Origin: Eledone cirrhosa
Taxonomy: Eukaryota
Assembly: GCA_964016885.1 (NCBI GenBank)
Contig: OZ024745.1
Coordinates: 72,726,001-72,790,000, forward strand
Direction: 5' to 3'
Length of the DNA: 64,000 nt
Part shown: positions 45,545-59,089 of the stretch, in pieces
Layout of the letters: every line of letters starts with the position of its first letter
Position numbering within the stretch: the first letter of the stretch is position 1
The notes under the pieces: model-generated
What the model saw: only the letters and a program-made list of their open reading frames with translations
Databases searched by the model: none
Told to the model about the DNA's origin: nothing
Made by a program: the position numbers and the translations under genes

Positions 45545-47835
45545 ACTCCCCTCCCTCATAAATGCACAGGGCATACATGGACCCCATAAACCATAATGAA
45601 GGCACCACATCTAGGAGGGTAGTGATTCCGATTAAAAATGACTTCACAGGGAAGACATGGTTCCCGCAAGCCATAGTGAAGGCAACCCATCTAGGAGAAC
45701 AGACACTCTGAATAAAAACAAATACAAGGTGGTGAGGACCATATGAGTCCAGTTTGACAACCTCTCTAGTGCTGGTGGCAGGAATAAAGGCACCAAGTCC
45801 CCACTCTAAAGAGGTTGGTGATAAGAAGGGCATCCAGCTGGTAAAACTTTGTGAAAACTATATAAAGTACAACACATAAATCTCTCACAATTTGCATATA
45901 CATGACTAATACTTGTCATGTTAGTGTTGTGCATGGTAGTGGGTGGCAAAAGTAGGCATATGCAAGAACCTGTCGAATGTCAATCAAGCAATTGCACACC
46001 AGTATTCCTACCCAGATACATAGAACTCACCATCAAGTAACACATAATTCAGGGCTGCTACTCTCAATGTGGGTACTATGAAAAGTAGATCAGGAGAAAT
46101 TCTGGAGTTGCTAGAAAGGAGGCAAGTAGTTATATGCTGTGAACAAGAGGTGAGATGGAGGGGTGCCTCAGCAAGACTACACACAGGCAACAGCAGACTT
46201 ACAAGCTGGGTAGGAAATGACAGTGGGGTAGGTGTTTTAGGCATTCTACTAGCTGAGAAAGGGATAGATAATGCAATAGAGGTAGTTAGATGAATATAAC
46301 AAGAGGAGAAAAGAACTGGATACATTTGACATAACAGACAATTGGAAATTTTAATGCAACAATCTATTGCAAATTATTGATGAGACTTGGGGCTGGAGCA
46401 AAGCAACAGCGACAGAGAGAGTGACCTTATGGTGGAATAGCACAGTTAATAGGACCATTAAGGCCAAGAGATAGGCATGAAAAGACCAGAGAAATGGGGG
46501 TAGCAGAGACCAGTACCTGGTAGCTAACAGACAAGCTAGACAACAAGTATACATAGCTCAGAAAGTGGTTGAAAGGTTTGTCAACGTTTTGTAACATGAG
46601 GATCAAAGACATGAGGTGTTCTGCATTGCAAGGCTGTGTGTCAGTGTGAATCGGGATGTTCTTGAAGAAAATTGTGTTCTGATACTCAAAACAAAGAAGC
46701 CAGGAAATGTTACTATGAGAGGTTGATCAATGTGGAGAATGAATTTGAGGATGAGAGACTAACCCACCAGCTGACAAAACAGAGGGACCAGCTATCAAAA
46801 TAAACAGTTATAAGCGATAAAGGAATGGCAAACCCATAGGACCATCAGAGATAGTGACTGAGAAGCTTAAAGCATCAGGGGAAGTAGGAGTTGAACTTGT
46901 CATCCACATAGTCGATCTGGCAATACAGAATGAAACATACCCAAGGACTGATGCAGCAGTACACTCATTGATGATTACAATTGGAAAAAAGGTTACACTC
47001 TAGAAAGGAGCAAATACAGAATCAAACTAATTGATCTAGATATGAAAGTGATGGAAAGAGTTCTGGCACAACTAATTGGGGAAAGAATAAAGTTAGATGA
47101 GATACAGTTTAGTTTTGTGCCAAAAAGTACAGATGCCCGCTTCCCAATGAGACAACTACAAGAGAAGTTCCTAGCTAAGAATAAGCCACTATATTTAGCT
47201 TTTGTTTATCTAGAAAAGGTCTTTGATAGAGTACCTTGATCTGTTATATGGTGGTCCCTAAGAAAACAAAGGGTAAATGATTGGCTATTGAGTGCAGTGT
47301 AAGCCATGTACAGAGGACCTGTCAGTAAAGTGAGGATAGGAAATGACGTTAGTGAGAAATTCAAGGTACAGGCAGGAGCTCATCATGGTTCATTATAGTT
47401 CTCCAGGCCATAACAGAGGAATTTAATACTGGTTTTCCATAGAAAATTCTGTATACTGATGATCTGGTCCTCATAGCTGAAACTATGGGAGAATTAGAGA
47501 ATAAGTCCAACTATAGAAATAGAATTTAGAATCAAATGAGCTAAGAGTAAACTCAACCAAAACTAAAGTGCTAGTAATAAGGAAAGAAGCCAGGACCCTA
47601 ATTTCATGGGGGAAGAGGCTTTGTTCAATGTGTAGAAAAGGAGTAACCACAATCTCTATATTATGTATACAATGTATATCTTGTGTACACAAGAGTTATA
47701 GGGGGATAACAGGTAGACTAACAGGGAATGATGATGCTGTATGTAGATGCTCTGGGTTAATTGATAGTAACAGTGCCAGTGATATAAATGTTTTCCATGA
47801 AGGATCCATAGAAGTAATTGATAGATATCAATAAC
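45545..47835 (+). pseudogene. Decayed RTE LINE (endonuclease and RT remnants), same type as 56349-58335
   Basis: NVGTMKSRSGEI...CEQEVRWRG, MKVMERVLAQLI...LYLAFVYLEKVFDRVP and CSMCRKGV. Many stops and deletions. Confidence 0.85.
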
Positions 47836-48074
47836 TAAAGTAGTGTCAATATTCCATATTACCCAAATATGCACCTCGTGGTTCTGGATATATTTGACTG
47901 GATCAAATAATATAGATAATGTAATAAAGTGAACTAAATCAACAAGATATCTTGTCTGAGACTAAAAAAGACATAAATTACTTACATCTCATAAATCAAC
48001 TCAGTTCTATACAATATTTGCATTTTTTTATTATTATTTCAGAATTAATTGAAAACATCCTTTCTCCAAATATC

Positions 48075-48290
48075 AGTCGCTCTCTGACAGGTTTGCATTC
48101 AAGCCCATAGCAGTGGAGACTTTCCACGTCCTTGGCCAAAGGACCACCTTCCTACTCACCACCATCAGAACGGAGTTGGCTACCCACAGGTATGAGCCCC
48201 ACGAGCTGGAATGGCTCTTCCAACACGTCTCCCTCACGATCCTCTGGAGAATGCCTCTATTCTATCTGCCAGGGCCATGGGGCAGCCAGA
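48075..48290 (+). pseudogene. C-terminal remnant of a restriction-like-endonuclease (CRE-type) non-LTR element
   Basis: FAFKPIAVETFHVLG...EWLFQHVSLTIL...NA resembles the FxPxAVETxG...QRxSxxxxRGNA motif. Confidence 0.6.
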
Positions 48291-48385
48291 ACATGGGCCC
48301 CCATTTGCTTATAAGAGTGAGAGAGACAGAGGCAGTGACAACGCGAATTTGATTCTATTATGGTCAGTTCTTGTTGGGAACTCGT

Positions 48386-48600
48386 TTAACCCATTAGCAT
48401 TTACATTACTCTATATTTATTATTATATTTTACGTAAAGGCTTTACCTCACATAATATCAAATCTATCAGATTTTGATATTTTTTTATTTTGAGAACAAT
48501 ACTTTAACATCTGTATGAGCAGCTGGTTACAGCCGGTTTGAACAGAAAGAGATGAGAGAATCCTGGCCGGATATGGCCAGTTTAAAAGCTAAAGGCCTAA
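48386..48600. mobile_element. piggyBac-like MITE remnant
   Basis: TTAA-cccattagcattta at the left end and tttaaaagctaaaggc-ctaa at the right end form degenerate TIRs. Confidence 0.55.
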
Positions 48601-49308
48601 AGTCTATTTTCTCTCCTTAATGTGCTTCTGAACTTTTAGAAACAAGTCTATTTCTGTTTATCTAAGCTGCCAGTAATTTGGGACTTATGTAAGTTTGAAT
48701 ATTTGCGTATCTAGAAGAAAACTTTTATAACTCTATGCTTTTTTTAAAAATAATGAATCAAGTAGCTATTAAGTTAAAGCAGCATTTACTTTCAATTAAA
48801 TTGGCTGATTGGATGTTTAAATGGCTAAGTAGGTGTATATCATAACAGTTTCAAACTTTCTTAACCAGTACATTTTTCATTATGAAGATTACCAATGCTT
48901 CCTAAACTTCTTTAACTATGTCCTCTACCTGTCTGAAAACTGGATTGTTCTCTATGTTGCCATTCTGTTGTATGTTTTGTTAAAGCTCATTACTCTGTTT
49001 AGTTCATTTATGAAGTGACATGTCTAATGGGAACAATACTTCCTATAGAAACAAGTGAATGAGATGTAGAAGATACTCTCTGGTTTACTGGGTTAAGTAG
49101 AATTTTCTCATTTACAATGAATAAAATACCTACAGAGGAATATGAACTCATTGCTTATATGTTGATAAGTATATACACAAATGAAATTCTTCTTGTCATA
49201 GGAATATAATATACTTAACAACTTTTAAAACTCATTCAATGTGACCAAATCAACTTAATTATTTTATGTTAACGATATTACATACTATAAAATGTATAAC
49301 ATACTTAC

Positions 49309-49439
49309 TTTATGTTTCCAGCATGTTTCAGAATACTCGAGAATGTATTTTGTAATATCAGATTGTAGAGGAGGCGACCAATGAATTGATAAGTGAGTAT
49401 TATTTTCAACATGAGTAATATTCAATACTTTCTCAGGAG
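49309..49439 (-). CDS. Host gene exon: first part of an FN3 domain
   Basis: ttttag|CT CCT GAG...CAT AAA|gtaag, 131 nt, phase 1 to 0. APEKVLNITHVENNTHLSIHWSPPLQSDITKYILEYSETCWKHK carries the WSPP and YxLxY motifs. Confidence 0.9.
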
Positions 49440-49864
49440 CTAAAATATATAACAGAATTATTTTGTTTTAGTTTCAATAACAACAATGTAAATAGATCAA
49501 TTTCTCTTAACTAAGAATAAAGCCAATGGCCACAGTATATAGCTAGAACTTATTTTATCTATCTGAGGGGAGAACAAAAACTAAATATCAGTCTGAACAG
49601 TATTTCAGCTTGGAAGCAAGTAGAAAAAGACAAAACATAGTAACACATATAGCTTAGTGTTCTATTGCATTGTCCATTTTCAATCCTTTGAGTGTATATA
49701 CAAAAAAAATTGTGTATATATTTTGATGATAGAACTTTTATTTAATTTGCTTCTCCTAACAGAATCTGTAAAAAAGTTGCAAAATTGATTCAAAGTTCAA
49801 AAGCGTAAAAGTCCTCGTAATAATAAAATTAGGGCTATTTAGTGGCAATGACAAATATTTTAAG

Positions 49865-50832
49865 ATCATCGTCCCTTCTTAAGTGGGGGTTAGCCTTACC
49901 GGCCCCATGTCACACTTCTCTACTTTTCCTTATCATCTGTATCGCCATCACCAAACCCCTGGCTTTTATTTATTCCTCCATCATTTTAACATATCTTTTT
50001 TGGAGGCACATGGCTTAGTGGTTAGAGCATTGGCCTTGCAATCGAAAGGTTGTGAGTTCAATTCTCAGACCGGGTGATGTGTTGTTTCCTTGAGCAAGAC
50101 ACTTTATTTCACATTTCTCCAGTTTACTCAGGTGTAGAAATGAGATGATAGGGACTGAGGTCCCTATCATTCCACTGCAAAGTGGTCGTAGAGGTGCCAC
50201 GGAAAAAGCACCCAGCACTCACTGTAAATAAGGTTGGTATTAGGAAGGGCATCCAGCTGTAGAAATCAAGCCAGTATCAGTTCCCGTCCCACCCTTGCAA
50301 GCACGGAAAAAGCGGACGTAAAATGAAATGAAATGATGATGATTCCTACTTCCTTACACATTCAATTCCATCACTCCTCTCAGCTAGTCACATTTATCTT
50401 TCCTCATCATACAACCATCTTATTCTATTTCTGTTCCCAACATTCATCATTAGCTCTATTCCCATCATCCTCTGTAATTCATTGTTTGTCTTCCTCTCTT
50501 TTAGTGATACATCACTTATCAACCAGACCATTCTCATTTCGGTTTTCTCTGGTCTTCTCTGCTGCTCCATGTTCATCACTCATGTCTCACACTCATAAAT
50601 CATGGCACTTCTCACACATGTAGTATACACCTTTCTCTTCAGTTTCAGCAACACTCCCTCACCTTGTTAGCACACCACTCAGTTCTCAGACACCAGATAT
50701 TGTTGTAGAGTTTGACCCACCATCTCACCAAAATCTTTACCACTTGACATCACCATCATTCCTTTAGCTTCATTCCTTTCCATCCATCCATACTCTGTGC
50801 TATTAATACGAGTCATCTGCATAGAGCAACTC
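49865..50832 (-). pseudogene. Decayed RTE 3' fragment interrupted by a SINE; homologous to 60330-61730
   Basis: EKTEMRMVWLISDVSLKERKTNNELQRMMGIE matches MRMVWWMSGVSLIERKTDNELQRMMGIE at 60449-60649. Confidence 0.75.
50001..50343 (+). mobile_element. Full-length tRNA-headed SINE with RTE tail
   Basis: A and B boxes, central domain, RTE-like tail and (ATG)n end. Confidence 0.9.
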
Positions 50833-51429
50833 TAAATAACATTTACTTTCTTAGTAGTTAAATTTAGATGGTTTCTTACTAATACAGTTTTTACTAATGT
50901 TTTTTACTGATGTTTTTCTAACAATATATTTTGATTGTTATGTAACTAAATTTACATAAATATAATGATTATTACAAACATACTCATAAATAACTCAAGA
51001 AAGACTAGTTATGAATTTTGTTTTTACAAATACATAATAATTTAAACATTCAACACAGTTATTCCATTTGCATATATATATCAAAGTTATTATATTTTTA
51101 ATATTTGCCAGCCAATATCTGAAATCCTACACTAGTTCTAGATAGGAACTTGTATGAAGTATTATTCTAATCAACAATTCAATACAATCATACAATTATA
51201 AAATTATAGATGCTTAACCGATCTTCTTTAAAATTAGGCAAGAACTAATAGAAAATTCTAGTCATGTATGTTGCCTGGCTCTGAAAAAGAATACCAGTTT
51301 TTGTGATGTTGAAAATGTGAGATTACTAGGAGAGATGATCAGTTACAATGAAGCCTTACATTTAAAGTAACCTTGCATGTCGTTCATATCTGAGTCTAAT
51401 CTAAGTCTAAAATCTGTCTCAAGTCAGGA

Positions 51430-51682
51430 GGCTCATCAGACTGGTGCTTATCCCAGTTTCGTGGTGTGAAGCAATTGAGACTACAAGACTCTCCCCTGGA
51501 CAGGATGCCAGTTCATTACAGAGTTAAATCCCCAGCTATTGCTGGTACTCATTTTCAGCTGAGTATACTGGAGCAATGTGAAATGAAGCCTTTTTCACAA
51601 GAATACAACACAAAAACCAGCCCAAGAATCATACCCACAACATTATGATCCAACACCATTACCACTAGGCTACATGCTCCCA
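51430..51682 (-). mobile_element. Older SINE with the same central domain but a different tail
   Basis: cagctgagtatactggagcaatgtgaaat is shared with the SINE family above. The A box is degenerate. Confidence 0.65.
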
Positions 51683-53049
51683 CAGAGGACTGTTTAATTT
51701 ATGTATATGGTGATCGTGTCTTTGTTGAAAGAGAAAAAATTGGCATGGCCTTTACTGGGATGGTCTGTTAAAATTTATTTTCATGGAGTCTATGCAGGTT
51801 TGACACAAGTTAATTAGGTTGTGTGTGCCTGTTTAGATGCAGAAGGTTATGGATATGTAAAAGATGACATTCTCTGCATAATAGTGGGTGTTGTTGAAGA
51901 TGAGAGCAAGTAAGCTGTTGATGTATAGGAGGAGTGTGAGGAAAAAAAACAAAACCTTGATACATGGTACATTTATCTGTAGATCAGAGAGAGCTCTATC
52001 AGCATATACCATGGAGATGTAATCTAACAGGTGAAATATATAGACAGGCAGGTTAGCTGGAAGATTTATAAGCCAGACACAAATACTTTGTTGATTGAAA
52101 ACATTTTCTTTAACACATTTTTCAGAGATGTGTATCCAAAGGTGAGTGACAAATAGGAGTAGGTTTCCAATAGATCTTATTTTAAGGAAGTCATACTAGT
52201 AGTCATTAAAGAGAGAGATTCAAGTTGAAATGTTAGAAGTTAGAGTGACTGGCAATTAGCTGTAGCCTGTTTACAAATTTCAGGTATATATGTGTTTGTG
52301 TGTGTGTGTACATATATTTAAAGTTGAGCAAAGCTTTTGCTCATCAACTCATTTTGTATTGTACTAAAAGTCTATAATGATACAAGAAAATGAGCAGTTA
52401 AAGAGACAAAACCAAGCATAGTAAGTGTTCAATAACAGTGGGAGGAAAAAAACTGAAGCAAAGGCATATCTATGATGTCCTGAAAGTGAGGTCAGTAGAA
52501 GCTAGAATATATTGTATGGCTATCATTGTAACATTACAGTTAGATCTATTTCCAAGTCTTTGGCAAAATTTATTTCCTATTTACTGTGGAATACATAAAC
52601 ATAGTGTACTAGTACACGGTTACAATAACCACATTGTATGACTGTTTAAGAAAGGTGACTGATCCCCATCCTCTATCAAAAGGAATTATAACTAAAGGCT
52701 GTAATATCTTAGTGCACTAGGATCCATGCTAATGACTTCATATTCTACATGTTTCATTGCACTGAGCTTCCTAACATATTTCATAAGTTTTGTTTATGAA
52801 ATGATAGTATTAGTTAATTTAAAACTTACATGCTTATAATGTTACTATTAATTAGTGTGTAGGAATAGGGGTTTCCATAGTTAAAACAGGAATGCTATAT
52901 GCCATAATATTCTGTTGTATAGATTATGTTATAAATTGTCAAATTAAATTATGTAAAACTAGACCATAACTATACAGTCAAGTTGAATGAAGATTGAAAA
53001 GCAGTCACCAAGATTTGTTTTCATTACAATTTATTCAACTTAATATCAA

Positions 53050-54180
53050 AAAAGGAAATGATATGAATACTTAAAAGGTTAGACACTGGCTCTAGCTTGC
53101 AGGACAACTGCCAGGATGTAGCAACAATGGCAAGATTACTTTGAAAAACTATTAGGACAAAACGCTGAATAAATACAGGACTCTATTAAGCTGCATAAAA
53201 TCCAGTATCTTTGAGTATGTTGAAGGGTTTGAGAATTTTAAATTAGCCATTTCTAAATTGGACAGCTTATATGTGAAAACTCCCTAAAAGGTTTCGGCTG
53301 GACATTTACTAACTACTAGGTAACCAAAACCAAAAGAAACCTAGAATGAATTTTTCAGAGATGGAGAAACTAATGAGACTTCATCTTCTGGGATTGTAGC
53401 ACAGAGCAAAGTGGTAATGAGGCAATGCATAATGTATACATTGCTGGTGTAGTCTTACTTGCAATTTGCTAGCTCCTCTTAGAAAGAATTATTCTGGGCC
53501 ACCAAACTACTTATAATCAAGCATCAGTGTTAGGCATAAATCAGCCCAGTAATGATGTATACACATTATTGTAAATTTCCAGTTGCTTGAAAGGAACTAG
53601 ATGAAATGACCTCTTACAATATGAGACAGAAATATCTCTTTTATGGTTTCTCTTATCTACAAAATAACTGTCCAGTATGCAAAGTTATTTGCAATACATA
53701 TTGAAGAAAGAATATTATGCTCCTCTGTGCAAACCCAAGGCATTGTCAAGCTCAATAATGACAGTCGTCAACTTTCATATACAGGCCACATGTATTCATG
53801 TACCACAGGGACTTATTCAAGCTGCAACCTCTGTGATAGTGAATAGAAAAAGGTCAAGAGTTCTATTAGATTCCTGCAGCATTTATTATTACCATAGCAA
53901 GAAAACTGTGCAGGTTCTAAAATTAAAGGTTTACGTGTACAGTAAAGATATTACTAAGGTTCAGAAAACATTAAATTCTAGTTCTAAAGGCTATATTATT
54001 GTAGACCTAACCCTTAACCTTAATAAACAGTCATACATTACCATAGGGTTCAGCATTTTGAGGAACCTGTGTTCAGACCTAATATTTAGCTAAGATATCT
54101 TGTGGCAACATCTCAGAGCAATCTGAATAAAGAAGGTCCCAGTGGAATTAACTGTAGATGGTGCTGATCATTTCTGTGCA
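53050..54180 (+). pseudogene. Gypsy-like LTR retrotransposon gag/protease remnant
   Basis: VIVNRKRSRVLLDSCS...ILRNLCSDLI resembles the retropepsin LLDSGS...LCSDxILG motifs. Boundaries are approximate. Confidence 0.6.
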
Positions 54181-54191
54181 TTATAAATTAC

Positions 54192-54374
54192 GCGGTGAAT
54201 TGGCAGTATCGGTAGAGGGTCGGACGCCATGCTTTCCAGCATAGTTACGTCCCTTTACGATCTGAGTTCAAATCCCGCCGAGGTTGACTTTGCCTTTCAT
54301 CCTTACGGGGTCGATAAAATAAAGTACCAGTAACGCACTGGGTAATTGCTGGCCTTGTGCCTAAAGTAGAAACA
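54192..54374 (+). mobile_element. tRNA-derived SINE with Nin/Deu-like domain and perfect 12-bp TSD
   Basis: A box TGGCAGTATCGG and B box GAGTTCAAATCC. TSD attataaattac at 54180-54191 and 54375-54386. Confidence 0.9.
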
Positions 54375-54643
54375 ATTATAAATTACTGTTTTCCTAGACA
54401 TGTTAGGAATGCCATTCCTATCACTGACCAATTTACAGGCTGTACTTGATGTATTTTATTGAGGTATAAATATTAGTGAAGTTTCCCTGTACTCTGCAAC
54501 ACTAAACAGCCCTCACTGATCTATAGTCTCCATTTATTTAAGGTAATGTAATAAAGGCAGTTAATAGAAGGGAGAGGCTTACTATTATTTACATTCTCTT
54601 CCTGTTGTTGAAACTAGTAAGAGAATAAAGGAATATAACTTAC

Positions 54644-54910
54644 CAGTGAAAAGGCCAAAAGTTAAATTAGATGTACTGGTCACATTAAGAGATATAGTCC
54701 ATATTCGAAACTGATATGCCACACCATATGTTAAATTTAATTCTATGCTTGTGAGGTTTGTTTTAACACTAGTGTAATTGTTCACAGTTTCAATTTTGTA
54801 TTCAATAATCCATTCACTAACAACAGATATATTGGCATTAAAATCCCATTCCAGGAAAAGTACACTATTTGTAATACTTGCATTAATCACACGAGATGGT
54901 GGCAATGGAG
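54644..54910 (-). CDS. Host gene exon: complete FN3 domain
   Basis: tttacag|CT CCA...TTC ACT G|gtaag, 267 nt, phase 1 to 1. PLPPSRVINASITNSVLFLEWDFNANISVVSEWIIEYKIETVNNYTSVKTNLTSIELNLTYGVAYQFRIWTISLNVTSTSNLTFGLFT, with many N-glycosylation sequons. Lies inside track ORF 54585..54989. Confidence 0.9.
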
Positions 54911-55328
54911 CTGTAAAAATAGAAAATGTATTTAATATCCTCCTCTCTCTCACTGTCACAAGAGAAATAAAATATATCTTTATCAACATTCATCCATATT
55001 TTAGTATACATGTAAGAAAAGTTGTTAAAAATAATTTTGCTATGAAATTTCAGCTGTACTTAAATTATGTAATTATGTAAAAACGAATTTGACCTTAAAA
55101 TTTCAAATTAAGGCCACCTTTAAGAATTTACAGGACATATAACAAGTATTTGAAAATCATAGAAACTATTCATTCAATATAAAATATGATATTGGCAACA
55201 TACTGCCTTACATTATGATGTTGAAACAAGAGTTCAGTCTTCTAAGTAATTAATATTCAAGTTAGTATTATTGTATTGAATCACATTTAGTAATATTAAC
55301 AATGGTAAGATTTTTATCAAAGACTTAC

Positions 55329-55444
55329 GAATTATTTTAGATATTTTATATACACTGCTGTTTCGAGAATAAGAATGCACAGTAATAGAAACAGTGTATT
55401 TTTTTCCAGCTATCAGGTTGCGAAATGTGTATTTATTGTTGTTC
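55329..55444 (-). CDS. Host gene exon: C-terminal half of an FN3 domain
   Basis: ttttag|G AAC AAC...ATA ATT C|gtaag, 116 nt, phase 2 to 1. NNNKYTFRNLIAGKKYTVSITVHSYSRNSSVYKISKII contains the FN3 NLxxGxxYxV motif. Confidence 0.88.
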
Positions 55445-56348
55445 CTAAAAATAAAAGATTCAGTTTACAAGTATTGATGACAACACAAACTCTAGTTTAA
55501 ATATTTATATCTATCTCAATCATATATTGTTTATGTTACCCCTTTCATTACTATTTGAAAAAAACTAAAATGCTCCTAATGTTGATACTTTTGAAATAAA
55601 AGTTTATAACAAGAGACTATAAAATAGGATGAGGTGAAAACACTGCCCCAACCTCTTTCTTCCTTGCCTAATAGTCCTTGCTCTTTCACTCCTTTTCTTC
55701 TCATTTGTGGTATTTATAGTCCTTTCCTTTACTTTCCTACACAGCCAGATCTGCTCTGCTTTACTTTGTCCCCTTTTTTCCCTCTTAATTTTGTTTTTAT
55801 CCGTTTTTAATATTTTCTATCACTGTATAACATTTGGTGTTTGGAACATAAATATTACATGAAAAAAAAAACAAATAATTTATCTGTAAACTGAGATATT
55901 CAGATGCCATCAAAATTTTCTTTTTCATATTGATACTAAACAGTATTGTTGTTCTTTTTAATTGCTGTTAAATAATTTGGAAAATATCTATATATAATGG
56001 ATTGAAAATGAAGGAGCATTTTAAATGTAACAAACTAAAGAAAATAAAACAAATTATATAAGTCAATTGTTAACAATTGACATCAATAATTAATATTTAA
56101 TTTGGAAAATAGTCTTTATAACAATTTCAAACTCTATTGAATGATTAAAAATCACTATTCATTATATACAGCAACATCTTTTTAAAATCTTTATTCCATC
56201 CACCATGCATTATTCAGCTAAAATATTAAATAATCTAAGAGATCAAATATATATTAGTCAGAGTCAGATTGAAATTCATATAGTTGTAATTATCAACACA
56301 AATATTTCTTTCTTGTATACAACTACAACTGATATAAAAAAAAATAAT

Positions 56349-58335
56349 ACAGAGGGACCAGCAGTACAAGTCAGCGGCAGCGTAGTAAGTAAGGCAATCA
56401 GAGATATGAAGATAGGGAAGGCAACCGGTCCATCGGGTATAGCTGCCGAGATGCTGAAGGCATCTGGGTCTGTAGGTCACACTATAACCACACGTATCGT
56501 TAACCAGGTAATACTAGAGGGGGCCATACCAAAAGATTGGTGCAGTAGCATCATTGTCAACTGCTACAAAGGTAAAGGCGATGCACTAGATAGAGGAAAC
56601 TATAGAGGTATAAAGTTGATGGACCAGGTCATGAAAGTAACAGAAAGAGTTATAGCACAGCTGATTAGGGACCGGGTGAATATAGACGAGATGCAATTTG
56701 GGTTTGTTCCAGGGAAAGGCACCACTGATGCGCTCTTCCTTGTGAGGCAATTACAGGAAAAGTACCTAGCTAAAAGTAAGCCACTCTACTTGGCATTTGT
56801 CGACCTTGAGAAAGCCTTTGACAGAGTTCCACGTGCAGTAATCTGGTGGGCTCTTAGAAAACTAGGAGTAGATGAATGGCTTGTGAAAGCGGTACAAGCC
56901 ATGTATAGGGGAGCAGTCAGCAAAGTTAGGATTAGTAATGAGTATAGCGAGGAATTTAGCGTACAGGTTGGGGTCCACCAGGGCTCTGTTCTTAGCCCTC
57001 TCTCCTGTTCATCATAGTCCTGCAGGCAATAACGGAGGAGTTTAAGACCGGATGCCCATGGGAACTCCTGTATGCTGATGACCTCGCACTCATAGCTGAA
57101 TCTATGGTAGAACTAGAGAATAAATTCCAAACCTGGAAGCAGGGACTAGAGAGAAAGGGCCTCAAAGTCAACATGACAAAGACTAAGGTCCTTATAAGTA
57201 GACGAGAAAACAGAACCCAGATCCCCTCAGGGAAATGGCCTTGCTCAGTATGTAGGAAAGGTGTAGGTAGGAACTCCATTCTTTGCCCCAAATGCAAACA
57301 ATGGGTACACAAGAGATGTAGCGGGATCTCAGGAAGCTTAATTAAGAATGTAGGATTCACATGCAGCAGCTGTGCTGAAACAGCAAGCAAACAGCCACAG
57401 GAAACAAGTACCACCAATCTCTGGGAGGGCCCTGTAGAAACAGTAGACAGCTTCTGCTACCTAGGTGACCGAATTAGCAACGGAGGTGGGTGCTCAGAAA
57501 GTACAATAACTAGGGTAAGAACGGGATGGAAGAAGTTTAGGGAACTACTACCACTGCTAGCTGCAAAAGGCTTCTCCCTCAGAATGAAAGGCAGACTGTA
57601 TGATGCGTGTATCCGAACAGCGATGTTGCATGGTAGTGAGACCTGGGCGCTGAAGGTGGAAGACTTACGTAGATTAGAGAGAAACGAAGCCTGCATGCTC
57701 CGATGGATGTGTAACAGTAATATACGTGAACGACAAAGCATAAATGAATTGAGAGAGAGACTGAGCATAAGAGGAATCAAATGCTGCGTGCAGGAGAGGC
57801 GGTTACGCTGGTATGGACATGTGATGCGTATGAAGGATGACAGCTGCATAAAAAGGTGCAGAGCACTAGAAGTTGATGGAAACCGCGGAGTGGGGAGACC
57901 CAAGATGACTTGGGATGAGGTGATAAAAGCCGACCTTACCCAACTACACCTCTCAAAGTCAATGACACACGACCGTGACTTCTGGCGTCACGCAGTAATA
58001 CAGGGTACCCGACCTCCCATGGGTACATGCTGAAGCATATAAACAATATGCCCCCCCCCCCCACCGCAAGGTGGTCGTGGAGGTGCCACGGCAAAAAAGC
58101 ACCCAGCCCACACTGTAAAGTGGACGTGTAGGCGCCACGAAAAAGCACCCAGCACTCACTGTAAATGAGGTTGGTGTTAGGAAGGGCATCCAGCTGTAGA
58201 AATCAAGCCAGATCAGTTCCTGTATGAGCAAGGCATGGTCAGCCGACCAGACACTGCCCACAACAGGACAACCCGTCTAACCCATGCTAGCGTGGAAGAA
58301 CGGACGTAAAACGGTGATGATGATGATGATGATGA
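56349..58335 (+). mobile_element. 5'-truncated RTE LINE with a PHD-like Cys cluster after YADD; its 3' UTR supplies the SINE tail
   Basis: RT motifs FVDLEKAFD, VHQGSVLSP and YADD, with one frameshift near 57000. CSVC...CPKC...HKRC...CSSC cluster. Ends ggacgtaaaacgg(tga)n. Confidence 0.92.
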
Positions 58336-58774
58336 GTCTCTGAAAGACTTTTTAAAGTTTAGTCAAGGACTCGATTCTGAAATAAGAAGGAGGAAGGTAT
58401 CCTTAAAGAGGAGATCTGGTCTGAATGTTTGCAACAGAGTGGATTTCTTTAAAGACACCCAAGGTCCAGGTTAAACTGAGGAACAGATTAAGTCTATCAC
58501 CCAAATAGATCACCATAAGATTTGAACTTAGAACACAAAAAGCCAGAATAAATATCACAAGGCATTTCATGAAACACCCTAAAGATTTCCTTAATCCTAG
58601 ACTGGTACTTCATTTTCTCAAGCTATAAAGGATGAAAAGTACAGTTGATAATGGCAAGGTTTCAGTATAAAGTGCAGAGAGTTGAAACAAATACTGCACG
58701 GTCTTTTTGTGACGCTAAACTCTGCCAGCAGCAGAGTTCAAAGAGCAAAGATTAAGTCCAATCCATAAGTTGAC

Positions 58775-59080
58775 ATTGTCAAGCCATCCTTTTAGCTGCC
58801 GGCCTCTGCTTCTCTTACCAACCAACCTTCCTTCCTACTCACACCACGAGTTAATTTTTTTTATATGGCCATGTAGTTTGAGTACTCTTGACTTGACAAT
58901 TGATGTAACTGGTCTAAGTTTGGTAATGTTGAGCAGCTCACTGATACAGATATGGTCGCTGAGCCGCTTGCCAGTCATAAGTCTCATGATGTGGTTTGGG
59001 AATGTAGAGAGCTTCTGAAGTAACCTTGTCATCCAATTAACACAGTCAAGACCATATAACACAACTGGTAGTAGTGCCAG
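58775..59080 (-). pseudogene. LINE RT C-terminal remnant
   Basis: LPVVLYGLDC...RLMTGKRLSDHI...KSRVLKLHGHI. Confidence 0.6.
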
Positions 59081-59089
59081 TGACAATGA

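Noticed and set aside
50001-50075. tRNA-like sequences (also near 5600-5668, 27325-27395, 54192-54280)
   Set aside because: They are SINE heads continuous with SINE bodies, and their cloverleaf stems are imperfect.
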